64,000 nucleotides of DNA, taken from NCBI GenBank assembly GCA_963674745.2, contig CAXXDV010000001.1, positions 1,664,001 to 1,728,000 on the forward strand, written 5' to 3'. The position numbers and the translations under genes are program-made. This stretch comes from Desulfosudaceae bacterium (GTDB taxonomy: Bacteria; Desulfobacterota; Desulfobacteria; Desulfobacterales; Desulfosudaceae). Of the stretch, positions 47,424-58,058 are shown piece after piece (the first letter of the stretch is position 1; each line of letters opens with the position of its first letter). Under the pieces are notes generated by a model. The model was not told the DNA's origin, did no database searches, and was given only the letters and a program-made list of their open reading frames with translations.

Positions 47424-50330
47424 TCAGGCGACAAGATATTTATCCCGGATTTTTAAAACAGCCGACCGGTGATCCGTATATTCGGCAGCAGGTACCATGG
47501 GCGGTTTTTCCTGCAAGTTTAATTTGTGGACTTGTGCCCGGAGGGCGACATAGGCTGCTTTGAGCTGTCCGGCTGATGACGCGTCAATGATGTAATTTGC
47601 CGCCATGGTTTCAAGAATCCGGATGTTATCGGTCCACCGGGTCACTTCCGGATGTTCATGGGCGTTGGCAAGCACCAGGTACTGGACCAGAAATTCAATA
47701 TCAATGATCCCGCCTTCGTCCTGCTTGAGATGAAAAAGGGTTTTGTCCGTGTTACCGTGCTCGGTTCTTATTTTTTCCCTCATGGATGTGATTTCTTCTA
47801 AAAGTACCGCCCGGTCTCTTTTTTTGCACAGGATGGCTTTGCGGATGCCTTCAAACCGGGCAAAAAGGTTCCGGTCTCCGCATAGCGGTCTGGCCCGCAC
47901 CAGCGCCTGGTGTTCCCATGTCCAGGCATCGTTTTCGTAATAGTCACCAAGTGATGTGATATGGCTGACAATCATGCCGGCATCCCCGCTGGGCCGAAGC
48001 CGCATATCCACTTCGTACAGACGGCCGGCAGTGGTCCGGGTGGTCAAAAAATGAATGATTTTCTGGCCAAGCCGGAAGTAAAAGAACGAATTTTCAGTGG
48101 ACTCGTCTCCACCGGTGGTATTGCCGTTTTCTCCGGCATGAATAAACACCAGGTCCAGGTCGCTGCCGTAACCGAATTCAATCCCGCCCAGTTTGCCGAA
48201 TCCGAGAACGGCAAAACCGGTATACGCGGCTTCGCCGTTGCTGATGCCTGACGGGAAACCGTATTTTTGCGTCATCTCCTGCCAGGTGGTGTGATAAACG
48301 TTTTCGATAATCACTTCCGCGATGTCCGTAAGGTAGTCGCTGACCTTCATCAGCGGAAAGGCGCCGCTGATGTCGGCCACGGCAACACGGAGGGTGTTGA
48401 TCTGCTTGAAAACACACATTTCCACGATCATGTCTTCAAGATCGGCGATGGATATTTTCCGCAGCCGCAGTTTCAGCTCTTCTGCGATCCGGTCTTTTCC
48501 CGGTGGACCAGAATTCATCCGGTTGTCTAAAAGCTCATCTAAAAGAACCGGATGCCGGGTTAAATAGGAGATGATCCAGGGACTTTCACTGGTCAGCTTT
48601 ATCAGGTGGTCGATGACCGAAGGGTTTTCATTTAGAAGGGCGATGTAGCAGGTGCGCTTTTCAATCGTAAGGACAAGGTCGATCAATTTGCCGATCAACC
48701 GGACCGGGTCTTTCCGGGACAAGAGCTTTTTTAAAATGATCGGGATGAGCTTGTTGACTCTTTCAATGCCGTCGCGGCTCATCGTTCGGGTATGAGAGTG
48801 GTTTTTCAAATCGTCGAGTAACCGGTAAATCGGCAGGGGCGGATCAAATCCGGCCTGGCCAAGGTCCTCGACGGCCTGCTCCTTGTCGTCAAGCGTTTCC
48901 CAGGCGTGTTTCAGCAGCAGGTCCACATCGTCAGCCGGCACGGCGTCATCTGCGGCACCGAGGATCTGCGTAAAATGGTGATGGACCCGTGCCATGTGTT
49001 TTTCCAGCAGGGCCTGAAAGTCCTCCCAGCCGGTAAACCCCATGGCGGCGGCCAGCCGGGCTTTGCCCGGGTCGTCTTCGGGAAGGGTGTGGGTCTGCGC
49101 GTCCGCATACTCCTGGAGCCGGTGTTCGGTATACCGGAGAAAGGTATAAGCGTCCGTCAATTCCCGGCTGACCGCCTGAGGAATGTGGCCGCCGTCGACA
49201 AGCAGGTCCAGTATGGTAAGAAGTTTTCTGTTCCTCAGGACCGGTTCCACGCCGCCCCGGATCAGTTGAAAAATCTGCCCGAAAAATTCGATCTCCCTTA
49301 TGCCGCCGGCCCCGATTTTAATATTGTTCTTTAGCCCTTTGCGTTTGATCTCCGTGACGATACTCTGCTTCATCTCTCTTAATGAATCGAAACTGGCGTA
49401 ATCAAGGTATTTGCGGAAGACAAAGGCATGCAGGATTTCCTCAAGGCGGATAATGTCGTTTCTGTTTCCGGTTATGGCGCGGGCTTTGATATAGGCATAC
49501 CGCTCCCATTCTCTTCCCTGGGCCACCAGGTAGTCTTCCATGGCATCGATGCTCATCACGACCGGTCCGGAATCGCCATATGGCCGCAGTCTGAGGTCGA
49601 CCCGGAAAACAAAGCCTTCAGCTGTGGCCTGGTCCAGTATCTTTGTCAACCGTCTGGCCAGCCGGGTGAAAAATTCTTCATTGGTGACGGTTTTTTGCGG
49701 GGGTAATTCAATGCCCCTGTCCGCATCCGGCCGCGTCCGGCCGGCATCGGGATAGACCAATATCAGGTCGATATCGGATGAGAAATTAAGCTCATGGGCG
49801 CCCAGCTTGCCCATGCCCAGGGTGATCAGTTGCGCTTTTGTCCCATCGGCGGAAAACGGGGCACCGAAATCATTCTCAAGAAAAGCATATAGCCGGCAAA
49901 TCGTGGTCTGTATGCAGGCGTCGGCGAATAGAGAAAGGTCTTTTAAGGTTTCGGAAAGATCGGCCTGTCTGCACAGGTCGCGCCAGGCGATTCGGACCAT
50001 TTCCCGCCGGCGGAACCTTCGCAGGATGCTCCCGATTTCGTCATCGCCTTGCGCCGGCTCGAGTGCTTTTTCAATGCGGTTGAAGTATTCCTGTTCATGA
50101 TAAACGCGGGATACGTCACCGCTTTCAAAAAGGTCGGCCAGGATTTCCGGATGGTTCATCAGGGTCCGGTGGACAAACTCGCTGAAGGTAAGAACCGTTC
50201 TGATTTGATGGGCCTGGTTTTCATCCGGCCTGAAAAAGAGCCCTTTTTCAGCGAGTTTTTCCAGAAGGACGTCTGTTTTTTTTCGGGAATCGGATGTCAG
50301 CTCTTCGGTAAACGGTAATTTTGATGTCAT
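47424..50330 (-). CDS. glnE: Glutamine synthetase adenylyltransferase / adenylyl-removing enzyme
   Basis: Two NTase halves: GMGKLGAHELNFSSDIDL…RVDLRLRPYG and GFGKLGGIEFGYGSDLDL…EVDMRLRPSG; downstream of glnA. Confidence 0.96.
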   Translation of the reverse strand: MTSKLPFTEELTSDSRKKTDVLLEKLAEKGLFFRPDENQAHQIRTVLTFSEFVHRTLMNHPEILADLFESGDVSRVYHEQEYFNRIEKALEPAQGDDEIGSILRRFRRREMVRIAWRDLCRQADLSETLKDLSLFADACIQTTICRLYAFLENDFGAPFSADGTKAQLITLGMGKLGAHELNFSSDIDLILVYPDAGRTRPDADRGIELPPQKTVTNEEFFTRLARRLTKILDQATAEGFVFRVDLRLRPYGDSGPVVMSIDAMEDYLVAQGREWERYAYIKARAITGNRNDIIRLEEILHAFVFRKYLDYASFDSLREMKQSIVTEIKRKGLKNNIKIGAGGIREIEFFGQIFQLIRGGVEPVLRNRKLLTILDLLVDGGHIPQAVSRELTDAYTFLRYTEHRLQEYADAQTHTLPEDDPGKARLAAAMGFTGWEDFQALLEKHMARVHHHFTQILGAADDAVPADDVDLLLKHAWETLDDKEQAVEDLGQAGFDPPLPIYRLLDDLKNHSHTRTMSRDGIERVNKLIPIILKKLLSRKDPVRLIGKLIDLVLTIEKRTCYIALLNENPSVIDHLIKLTSESPWIISYLTRHPVLLDELLDNRMNSGPPGKDRIAEELKLRLRKISIADLEDMIVEMCVFKQINTLRVAVADISGAFPLMKVSDYLTDIAEVIIENVYHTTWQEMTQKYGFPSGISNGEAAYTGFAVLGFGKLGGIEFGYGSDLDLVFIHAGENGNTTGGDESTENSFFYFRLGQKIIHFLTTRTTAGRLYEVDMRLRPSGDAGMIVSHITSLGDYYENDAWTWEHQALVRARPLCGDRNLFARFEGIRKAILCKKRDRAVLLEEITSMREKIRTEHGNTDKTLFHLKQDEGGIIDIEFLVQYLVLANAHEHPEVTRWTDNIRILETMAANYIIDASSAGQLKAAYVALRAQVHKLNLQEKPPMVPAAEYTDHRSAVLKIRDKYLVA

Positions 50331-50462
50331 GGATGGCTATGATCTGAATAGTGTGTGTTTTTTAAAAAACCATATCAAAACTGGTATGGACTGTCGATAT
50401 TGTTTTTGGCCTTTCTATATTTCTATTAAACCTGATCTCCAAAAATGACCGGTTAGACGCTG

Positions 50463-50494
50463 ATCACATAATCACTTAACCACATAATCACTTC
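50463..50494. repeat. Short octamer tandem repeat (4 units)
   Basis: ATCACATA ATCACTTA ACCACATA ATCACTTC. Confidence 0.6.
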
Positions 50495-50567
50495 AGCTTC
50501 ATACAGATTGCGTCCCGCGCCTTGCAGAAGGGGCCAGGGCCTGAATTGTCCGTGGGCATCCTCTTAT

Positions 50568-50616
50568 AAAAAAAGGCCGAAGGCTTGCGGTTTATTCAAC
50601 CGCGACACCTCCGGCC
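50568..50616 (-). terminator. Probable intrinsic terminator after glnA (GSI-beta)
   Basis: GGCCGAAGG…GCGGTT/AACCGC…CCTCCGGCC stem, followed on the minus strand by a T7 run. Confidence 0.6.
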
Positions 50617-50642
50617 CTTCCGGAAAACAGCGACGTTATTGG

Positions 50643-52055
50643 TTATATGTCATAGTACAGATAGAACTCATGGGGGTGCGGACGAAGTTTAATGGGATTG
50701 ACTTCGTTTTCCATCTTATACTCGATCCAGGTTTCGATGACGTCTTTGGTAAACACGTCGCCCTTGGTCAGGAACTCGTGGTCACTTTTAAGCGCTTCTA
50801 AGGCTTCATCAAGAGAGCCCGGCGCGGATTCGATGTTGGCCAGTTCTTCTTTGGGCAGATCATAAATGTTCTTATCAAGCGGATCGCCCGGATCAATTTT
50901 GTTTTCAATGCCGTCAATGGCTGCCATAAGGACAGCGGAAAAGGCCATGTAGCCGTTACAGGACGGATCAGGGGTACGGAATTCGATCCGTTTGGCCTTG
51001 GGCGATCCGGAATACATGGGGATACGCACGGCCGCGCTTCTGTTCCGGCTGGAATAGGCCAGGTTGACAGGGGCTTCAAATCCCGGAACAAGTCTTTTGT
51101 AAGAGTTGGTGGTGGGGTTGGTAATCGCGCACAGGGCCTTGCAGTGTTTTAAAATACCGCCGATGGCATACAGGGCTTCCTGGGAAACGCCGGCGTATTT
51201 GTCGCCTGCGAACAGGGGGTTGCCGTCTTTCCAGATACTCAGATGGGTATGCATGCCGGTACCGTTATCCTGGAACAGGGGTTTTGGCATAAAGGTCACG
51301 GTATGGCCGTATTTATAAGCCACGTTCTTCAAGACATACTTGAACCATACCAGCTGATCGCCCATCTGAAGAAGCGGTTTGAAGCGCATGTCGATTTCTG
51401 CCTGGCCGGCGGTGGCCACTTCGTGGTGCTGGCATTCGACGTCAATGCCCAGGTCCTCAAGGGTCAGCATCATTTCGGTTCTTAAATCCTGAAATTTGTC
51501 AAGCGGCGGAGTCGGGAAATAACCTTCTTTATGCCTGGGTTTGTAGCCCTGGTTGGGGCCTTCTTCACGGCCGGTATTCCAGGTGCCCTCGACCGAGTCG
51601 ATCTCATAGTATGCCATATTGCTGGCGGAATCGTATTTGACATCATCAAAAATAAAGAACTCCGCTTCAGGGCCGATGAAGGCGGTGTCGCCGATACCGG
51701 TGCTTTTCAGAAAAGCCTCGGCTTTCATGGCGATGTTTCTGGGGTCACGGGAGTAAGACGCACGGGTAATCGGGTCGGCAATGTTGCCGATGAGCACCAG
51801 TGTGGGTTCTTCGAAAAAGGGGTCCATCTTGGCGGTGGTGGCATCCGGGATGACCAGCATGTCGCTTTCGTTGATGGGCTGCCAGCCACGGATACTTGAA
51901 CCGTCAAAACCGAATCCATCTTCAAAGCTGGATTCCTCAAGTTCGCCGATGGGAACGGTAAAATGCTGCCAGATTCCCGGGAAATCCATAAAGCGGATAT
52001 CCACAACCCTTACCTTGCTCTCTTTGGCCATGTTTAAGACTTCTTTTGGTGTCAT
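50643..52055 (-). CDS. glnA: Glutamine synthetase type I, GSI-beta (470 aa)
   Basis: [19 protein letters not shown]-beta insertion ([22 protein letters not shown]), HHEVATAGQ, adenylylation motif [17 protein letters not shown]. Confidence 0.97.
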   Translation of the reverse strand: MTPKEVLNMAKESKVRVVDIRFMDFPGIWQHFTVPIGELEESSFEDGFGFDGSSIRGWQPINESDMLVIPDATTAKMDPFFEEPTLVLIGNIADPITRASYSRDPRNIAMKAEAFLKSTGIGDTAFIGPEAEFFIFDDVKYDSASNMAYYEIDSVEGTWNTGREEGPNQGYKPRHKEGYFPTPPLDKFQDLRTEMMLTLEDLGIDVECQHHEVATAGQAEIDMRFKPLLQMGDQLVWFKYVLKNVAYKYGHTVTFMPKPLFQDNGTGMHTHLSIWKDGNPLFAGDKYAGVSQEALYAIGGILKHCKALCAITNPTTNSYKRLVPGFEAPVNLAYSSRNRSAAVRIPMYSGSPKAKRIEFRTPDPSCNGYMAFSAVLMAAIDGIENKIDPGDPLDKNIYDLPKEELANIESAPGSLDEALEALKSDHEFLTKGDVFTKDVIETWIEYKMENEVNPIKLRPHPHEFYLYYDI

Positions 52056-52169
52056 GATCTGTTCTCCTTAAATGGTTTTTTACAATCCGTCTTCATATTT
52101 TTTTATGCGCCGGCCTTCTTGCCGGTATAACATTGCATGCAGGCATCTGAGGACCGATGCTATTACTAA

Positions 52170-52185
52170 AGCAATAGCTGTGCCA
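52170..52185 (-). promoter_or_regulatory. sigma54 promoter of glnA (GSI-beta)
   Basis: Minus strand TGGCAC-AGCTA-TTGCT. Confidence 0.9.
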
Positions 52186-52264
52186 GACAGCATTTTTTTC
52201 ATATCTAACTGATATATTGTGTAAAAATGATTTTTTTATGAATTTTGAAAAACGTTTCTGGGTT

Positions 52265-52305
52265 ACAGATTTGTAGTTTTCAAACGAAAAAGCTTACATA
52301 TTTGT
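52265..52305. promoter_or_regulatory. Pair of ACA-N4-TGT boxes (putative UAS)
   Basis: ACAGATTTGT (52265-52274) and ACATATTTGT (52296-52305), 31 bp apart. Confidence 0.7.
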
Positions 52306-52475
52306 TATTATGGCATTTCCCTTTTAACGTTTTTGTAACAGGCGGCAGCCGAAAAAAGATTGATTCACAACTCCGGTATTGCTATCATTATCATATATAA
52401 AAACAAATTGTTACCATTTTCATTGATTTCCATTCAATATGGTTATTTTTTAAAAATTAGAATTTTGGTGAATTA

Positions 52476-54839
52476 ATGAAACCACTCTCTTCTGCGCTTA
52501 ATATGGTCTGGAACATCGCCGTGCACGAGGCGGCGGCGGTCAGGTCCCAATACATCGAAAAAGAACATGTCTTTATCGGGGCTTTCAGCCTGGACAAGGT
52601 CGTTGTTCTGCCGCCTGACCAGCTCCGGATCAACCCTGCGGACATGGCTGATATCAAAACCGAACATGACCGGCTGGCTGCCGTGCTGAAAGGACTAAAG
52701 GCGGTCATGCCCGTTGTCCGTCACGCGGTGCGGTCCGCGCTGGCTCCCGGTAACTACAGCCATACCCCGGGCGGTGTCATCCACAGAAGCCCGGCCTGCA
52801 AGGAAATGTTCAAATCCGCGGCGACCATGTCCACTTCGGCCAGGATCACCGTGACAGATATTTTGGCCGCCATTCTCGAAGCCCCGGGCGACACCATCAG
52901 CGCCGCGCTCGAGAAAACGGGCCTGACCCCGGCGGCCCTCAAGCAGTCCCTCTACCCGGCCAATGTAAACGCCGCTGCGCCGCCCTTCGTTCCCGGTAAA
53001 AAAGAACCGAAGCCGGCCACGCCCACCCTGGACACTTACGGCCGGGACCTGACCCATGAAGCCGCCCAGGGCAACCTGGGGCCGTTTGTGGGCCGCCGGG
53101 ATGAGCTGCTGCAGATCATCCAGACCCTGGCCCGGTCCAAGAAGAACAATCCCGTTATCGTCGGGGAGGCCGGGGTCGGCAAGACGGCGGTGGTGGAAGC
53201 CCTGGCCGTCAGAGGGGTTGCCGGCAAGGACGCGCATGTGCTGGGCGGCAAGCGGATCATCGAACTGAACCTGGGCGCGCTTCAGGGCGGCACAAAATAC
53301 CGCGGCGACTTTGAAGAACGGCTGGACAATATCATGAAAGAGGTCCGGGAAAACAAAAACATCATCGTCTTTATTGATGAAATTCATAACCTCATGGGCG
53401 CGGGCAGTTCCGGCAATAATATGGACGCGGCCAATATCTTAAAGCCCGCCCTGGCCCGTGGCGATTTCAATTGTATCGGCGCCACCACCATCGATGAATA
53501 CAGGAAACATATTGAAAAAGACCCTGCTCTGGCCAGACGGTTTGAAATGATCATGATCAGCGAGCCGGAGCGGGACGAGGCCGTCCAGATACTTAAAGGC
53601 ATCCGACCCCGGTGGGAAAAGCACTACCAGGTCAGCATAACCGATGCCGCCATCGAGGCGGCCGTGGACCTTTCCCTGCGTTTTGTTTCCGACCGCCGCC
53701 TGCCGGACAAGGCCATCGACCTGGTCGACCGGGCCGGCGCCCGGGCCAGGGTGCCCATGCTGAGCATGGTGGCCGGGGCGCCGGTTCCGGATGCCGAACC
53801 CGCTTCCGGCGGCACGATTACCGAACAGGCCATCGCCCGGGTGCTTTCCGAAAAAACCGGCATCCCCTTTGAGATTATCGCCGGCCATGGCGGGGATAAT
53901 GCCGGGGCCCGGATCCTGGAACTGGAACCTTACTTAAAACAGCATATAATCGATCAGGACCGGGCCGTTGATGTGATTACCCGGCGTTTGAAGATCGCCT
54001 TTTCCGGCCTTTCCGGCGGCAGCGGCCCCTTGGGCGTGTTCATGTTTCTGGGCCCCACCGGCGTGGGCAAAACCGAAATGGCCAAAGCCCTGGCTGCTTT
54101 TTTGTTCGGCGGCCCGGACATGATGATCCGGCTGGACATGTCCGAATTCATGGAAGAGCATTCCGTGTCAAAATTGATCGGTTCGCCGCCCGGCTATGTC
54201 GGCCATGAAGATGAAGGCCAGCTGACCGGCAAACTGCGGACGACCCCGTATGCCGTTGTTCTGCTGGACGAGGTGGAAAAGGCCCATTCCCGGGTGTTTG
54301 ACATTTTCCTCCAGGTGTTTGATGACGGCCGCCTGACCGATGCCAACGGCCGGACAGTCAAGGCCGATAATGCCATTTTCATCATGACCTCCAACCTGGG
54401 CACCAAGGCCGACAATGAAAGAAACCTGGGGTTCGTGGGCAACAATGATCGGGATGAATCCAACGGCCGGCCGGACATCAGCGCCCTGACCGGGTTTTTT
54501 CGCAAGGAGTTTCTCAACCGGATCGATGAAATTATTGTCTTCGACCACCTTTCCTACGCGGGCGTCAAAAAGATCGCCGTCCTGATGTGCGAAGACCTGC
54601 TGTCGACCTTAAAAGAAAAATACGGTGTCATCCTGGACCTGGCCGACAGCGCCCCGGATCTGCTGGTGTCAAAAGGGTTCAGCACCGAATTCGGGGCCCG
54701 GGAATTAAAACGGACCATCGACCGGCTGCTCCAGGTGCCGTTGAGCACCCTGGTGCTGGAAGGGAAATTCATGACCTGCAAACAGTGGCAGGTCACGGCC
54801 GAAAACGGTGAACTGGTTATCATGCCCGCGGTTGAATAA
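52476..54839 (+). CDS. ClpA/ClpC-like double AAA+ ATPase (Clp protease ATP-binding subunit)
   Basis: [71 protein letters not shown]…LGF. Confidence 0.92.
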   Translation: MKPLSSALNMVWNIAVHEAAAVRSQYIEKEHVFIGAFSLDKVVVLPPDQLRINPADMADIKTEHDRLAAVLKGLKAVMPVVRHAVRSALAPGNYSHTPGGVIHRSPACKEMFKSAATMSTSARITVTDILAAILEAPGDTISAALEKTGLTPAALKQSLYPANVNAAAPPFVPGKKEPKPATPTLDTYGRDLTHEAAQGNLGPFVGRRDELLQIIQTLARSKKNNPVIVGEAGVGKTAVVEALAVRGVAGKDAHVLGGKRIIELNLGALQGGTKYRGDFEERLDNIMKEVRENKNIIVFIDEIHNLMGAGSSGNNMDAANILKPALARGDFNCIGATTIDEYRKHIEKDPALARRFEMIMISEPERDEAVQILKGIRPRWEKHYQVSITDAAIEAAVDLSLRFVSDRRLPDKAIDLVDRAGARARVPMLSMVAGAPVPDAEPASGGTITEQAIARVLSEKTGIPFEIIAGHGGDNAGARILELEPYLKQHIIDQDRAVDVITRRLKIAFSGLSGGSGPLGVFMFLGPTGVGKTEMAKALAAFLFGGPDMMIRLDMSEFMEEHSVSKLIGSPPGYVGHEDEGQLTGKLRTTPYAVVLLDEVEKAHSRVFDIFLQVFDDGRLTDANGRTVKADNAIFIMTSNLGTKADNERNLGFVGNNDRDESNGRPDISALTGFFRKEFLNRIDEIIVFDHLSYAGVKKIAVLMCEDLLSTLKEKYGVILDLADSAPDLLVSKGFSTEFGARELKRTIDRLLQVPLSTLVLEGKFMTCKQWQVTAENGELVIMPAVE

Positions 54840-54862
54840 TATTATTGGGTGCCACGGGCAAA

Positions 54863-54919
54863 TGAAGGGGCGACCGGCGGTCGCCCATGTGCAAGGGCGA
54901 CCAGCCGGTCGCCCCTTCA
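54863..54919. repeat. REP-like doublet with GAAG/CTTC ends
   Basis: TGAAGGGGCGACCGGCGGTCGCCC…GGGCGACCAGCCGGTCGCCCCTTCA. Confidence 0.7.
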
Positions 54920-54997
54920 GGGCGTGGTGGGATGACAGATTATGTAAGGCTGTGAAGCCCTCCGCTACAAAAACAAAAACGCTGTGTTCAAAAACAA

Positions 54998-56332
54998 ATG
55001 AAAAGTGTTCTGGTTGACGATATCTTTCACCTGCTGCAGACCGCGGGTGATTTTCAGATCGGCCTGGTCGTGCGCCCGGCCGCCCCCCTGGACGCGGACA
55101 GGCTGGGCCGGGCCCTGTCGCAGATAATGGCCGCCCTGCCGGTGCTGGGATGCGCTTACGTACCCGGCTGGCGGCGGGGGCACTGGGAAGAAATCGACCA
55201 TGCCGACAGGCAGGCCTTGACGGTTGCGCCTGCCGGCACCATAGACGACCAGATCAATGCTTTTTTCACCTGCCCCGTTGATCCTTATGCCGGTCCCCAG
55301 GTAAAAGCCCTGCTGCTTGAAGGCCGGCAAAATGTCCTGTGCCTGAACATATCGCATTTTGTGGCGGACGCGGCCGGGGTCAGGGAACTGGCCTACATGC
55401 TCTGCCGGGCATACAGCACGCCGGATTTGCAAAAATCGGGTAAACACGACCGCGGCCTGGACGTTCTGTTCAAACATTTTTCATGCCGGCGGAAACTGGG
55501 CGTCCTGGGCAGGACGATCCGGGACGTGGCCTCCCAGCCCGGGTTTCCGCCGTCAGCCACCCTGCCGGGTGTTCGCACAAAACAGTTTGACCGTCAATAT
55601 GTGATCCAACACATGGCGCCGGATGTTGTCCGTCATTTAAAAGACCTGGCCGCCGCATACCGGGCCACGCCCAATGACGTGCTCATGGCCGCTTTTCTGC
55701 GGGCCATGATGCCCCTGGTGCCGTCCGGGACCAGAACGGCCTGGCGGCTGGTGGTGACCGCGGACCTGCGGCGGCACCTGCCACCCGAAAAACAATCCGG
55801 TCAGATCCGCAACCTGTCCGGCTGGGTTTTTACGGCTTTCGGTCGGAAATTGGGGCAGAATCTGGAAGAAACCTGCGGCCGGGTGTCGGCGCAAATGAAC
55901 CGCCTCAAGGACGGCTGCCTGGGCCTGGGCATGATTCCCCTGACATGGCTGGCTGTCCGAAGTCTGCCGCTGGCCGTTGCCAGGGCGGCCGTCAAAAAGC
56001 TGTCACCGGCAGTATTAAGGCATTTGGCCCCGGCCCCGTCACTCACCAACATGGGCCGGATCGACCATCAGTCCCTGGTGTTTGACGGCCAGCCCGTTGA
56101 ACATGCCTATCTGCTGGCCCCCATCGTCTTTGCCCCCATCCTGGGCGTGGGCGTCAGCGCCTTTGAAGAAACCATGACCATCAGCGCCGGTTTTAACGTG
56201 CCGGGGTTTGATCCGGCCGACATTACCGCCCTTCTGGACGGCATGGCCACCGAAATCCAGGCGGCCCTCCCCTCGTCATCCCGGGCAGTGGATCCAGGCG
56301 GAATCCTGGATCGATTCCAGGACAGGCTCTGA
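54998..56332 (+). CDS. CoA-dependent acyltransferase, stand-alone condensation-domain/CAT-like fold
   Basis: SHFVADAAG (HxxxD), ATPNDVLMAA, ADLRRHL, LTNMGRI. Confidence 0.8.
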   Translation: MKSVLVDDIFHLLQTAGDFQIGLVVRPAAPLDADRLGRALSQIMAALPVLGCAYVPGWRRGHWEEIDHADRQALTVAPAGTIDDQINAFFTCPVDPYAGPQVKALLLEGRQNVLCLNISHFVADAAGVRELAYMLCRAYSTPDLQKSGKHDRGLDVLFKHFSCRRKLGVLGRTIRDVASQPGFPPSATLPGVRTKQFDRQYVIQHMAPDVVRHLKDLAAAYRATPNDVLMAAFLRAMMPLVPSGTRTAWRLVVTADLRRHLPPEKQSGQIRNLSGWVFTAFGRKLGQNLEETCGRVSAQMNRLKDGCLGLGMIPLTWLAVRSLPLAVARAAVKKLSPAVLRHLAPAPSLTNMGRIDHQSLVFDGQPVEHAYLLAPIVFAPILGVGVSAFEETMTISAGFNVPGFDPADITALLDGMATEIQAALPSSSRAVDPGGILDRFQDRL

Positions 56333-56343
56333 CCCGGGGTTAA

Positions 56344-56376
56344 GTATAAAATTGATTTTATACATTAACATTGACA
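56344..56376 (+). promoter_or_regulatory. 20-bp palindrome next to a -35 hexamer upstream of the B12 radical-SAM genes
   Basis: GTATAAAAT-TG-ATTTTATAC (56344-56363), then TTGACA (56371-56376). Confidence 0.5.
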
Positions 56377-56560
56377 CACAAGCCCGGCCTTGTTAGAGAT
56401 GATGAGTATAAAAGCAGGTTCTTTTCCTTTTCTTTTTAGGCGCCAAACCGCCGCTATGCGGTTAATCAACAGATCTTTTGAGTTTTTAACAAACCATCTG
56501 TCAAGGAGGATGAGCTCGTGAACAGTGTCCGCACTGTTAAGAGGCCATCAAGGAGGATTT

Positions 56561-57871
56561 ATGAAAAAATTATTGTTAGTGCTTCCCCAGCACCAAAAAG
56601 GGTACTGGGGGCATATTTCCAAATCCGGCAAAGCCGGTATGGCCCGGCTCAGCCTGCCGGTCGTCGCTTCTCTGACACCTCCCGGCTGGGACGTCCGTAT
56701 TCATGACGCCCGTATCCACCCCGTCGATTTCAAAGAAAAGGCAGATCTGGTCGGCATTACCGCCTTTACCGCCGAAGCGCCCAGCGCTTATGGCATCGCC
56801 GACGGATTCCGGGAGCAGGGCCTTCCGGTGGTGATGGGCGGGTTTCACGCCTCGGCCATGCCCGATGAAGCGTTACGGCATGTCGACAGCGTGGTGGTCG
56901 GAGAGGCCGAAACCGTCTGGGCACAACTGCTGGAAGATCTGGAGAACCAGAATCTGCAGCCCATTTACAAAGCTGAGCAGTTGATGGATATGCGGGACAT
57001 GGCTGTTCCCCATCGTCATCTTCTGAACCGGAATACTTACTCCACGGGATTCAATACAATCCAGGCGACCCGCGGCTGCCCTTACAATTGTGAGTACTGC
57101 GCGGTCAGCGCTTTTTTCGGTAAAAAATACCGGATCCGTCCGGTCGACCAGGTCATTGATGAAATTCGACAGTTTGATACCCGGGATTTTTTCTTTGTGG
57201 ATGACAATATTACCGGTCGGAAAGCATACGCCAAAGAGCTTTTCCGGGCCTTGATGCCGTTAAACCTTGCCTGGGGCGGGCAGACGGACATCAATATCGC
57301 CGATGACGAGGAACTTCTGGGATTGTACGCAAAAAGCGGGGGGCAATACGCGTTTATCGGATTTGAGTCCCTGTCTGAAGCGAATCTGGAACGGATGAAC
57401 AAATCATGGAACTCTCCGGATCGATATCGCAAGGCAATCAAACGTATCCGCAAGGCCGGGGTGAGTATCCTGGGGAGCTTTATTTTCGGGCTGGACGATG
57501 ATGATCCGGGCGTGTTTGAGCGGACAGTCGATTTTATCAAGACCAGCGGCATGGACGCCGCCCAGTTTCATATTCTGACACCGCTGCCGGGCACCCGTTT
57601 GTATCGGGACATGGACACTGCCGGCCGCATCGTCGACCGGGACTGGAGCAATTATCATACCGGCCAGGTGGTCTTCGAACCCAAAGGGATGACGGCGGAG
57701 GAGCTTCAGAATGGCTACTGGTGGGCTTTTCGCCAGGTTTACGGGAAGACCCGTACCCTTAAGCGGTCCTTAAGCGGCATCAGGGGGTTGAAATACCGGG
57801 TGGCCCTGAACCTGGGTTATCGTAAAAAAACGCTGTCCATGCCGGCCGGGGCATTGAATCCGGCGGCCTGA
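56561..57871 (+). CDS. B12-binding-domain radical SAM protein
   Basis: DLVGIT, VMGGFHAS, VVGEAE, TRGCPYNCEYC, FVDDNI, IGFES, LTPLPGT. Start ATG 56561 after AGGAGG. Confidence 0.92.
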   Translation: MKKLLLVLPQHQKGYWGHISKSGKAGMARLSLPVVASLTPPGWDVRIHDARIHPVDFKEKADLVGITAFTAEAPSAYGIADGFREQGLPVVMGGFHASAMPDEALRHVDSVVVGEAETVWAQLLEDLENQNLQPIYKAEQLMDMRDMAVPHRHLLNRNTYSTGFNTIQATRGCPYNCEYCAVSAFFGKKYRIRPVDQVIDEIRQFDTRDFFFVDDNITGRKAYAKELFRALMPLNLAWGGQTDINIADDEELLGLYAKSGGQYAFIGFESLSEANLERMNKSWNSPDRYRKAIKRIRKAGVSILGSFIFGLDDDDPGVFERTVDFIKTSGMDAAQFHILTPLPGTRLYRDMDTAGRIVDRDWSNYHTGQVVFEPKGMTAEELQNGYWWAFRQVYGKTRTLKRSLSGIRGLKYRVALNLGYRKKTLSMPAGALNPAA

Positions 57872-58058
57872 AACGCCTTGACCCCTTGAATCCTTGCACC
57901 CTGTGGCCCGACTGAATTGAAGCAGAGCCCGAATCTTTTCAGGCCTTATGCGATAAGTGAAAAACCTTGCATTTCAAATTTGTACAGTGGTATAATTCTC
58001 ATTATTTCCGGAAAGTCTCGCGAAAAGCTCATAACGTCCACAAAAAACGGGGGCCGTC

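Noticed and set aside
52056..52160. Possible riboswitch in the ~100-nt glnA-beta leader
   Set aside because: Only two short hairpins are visible and I cannot match them to a known aptamer; an Rfam/Infernal scan would decide.
56400..56560. Cobalamin or SAM riboswitch ahead of the B12 radical-SAM gene
   Set aside because: No recognisable B12-box or SAM-I core motifs.
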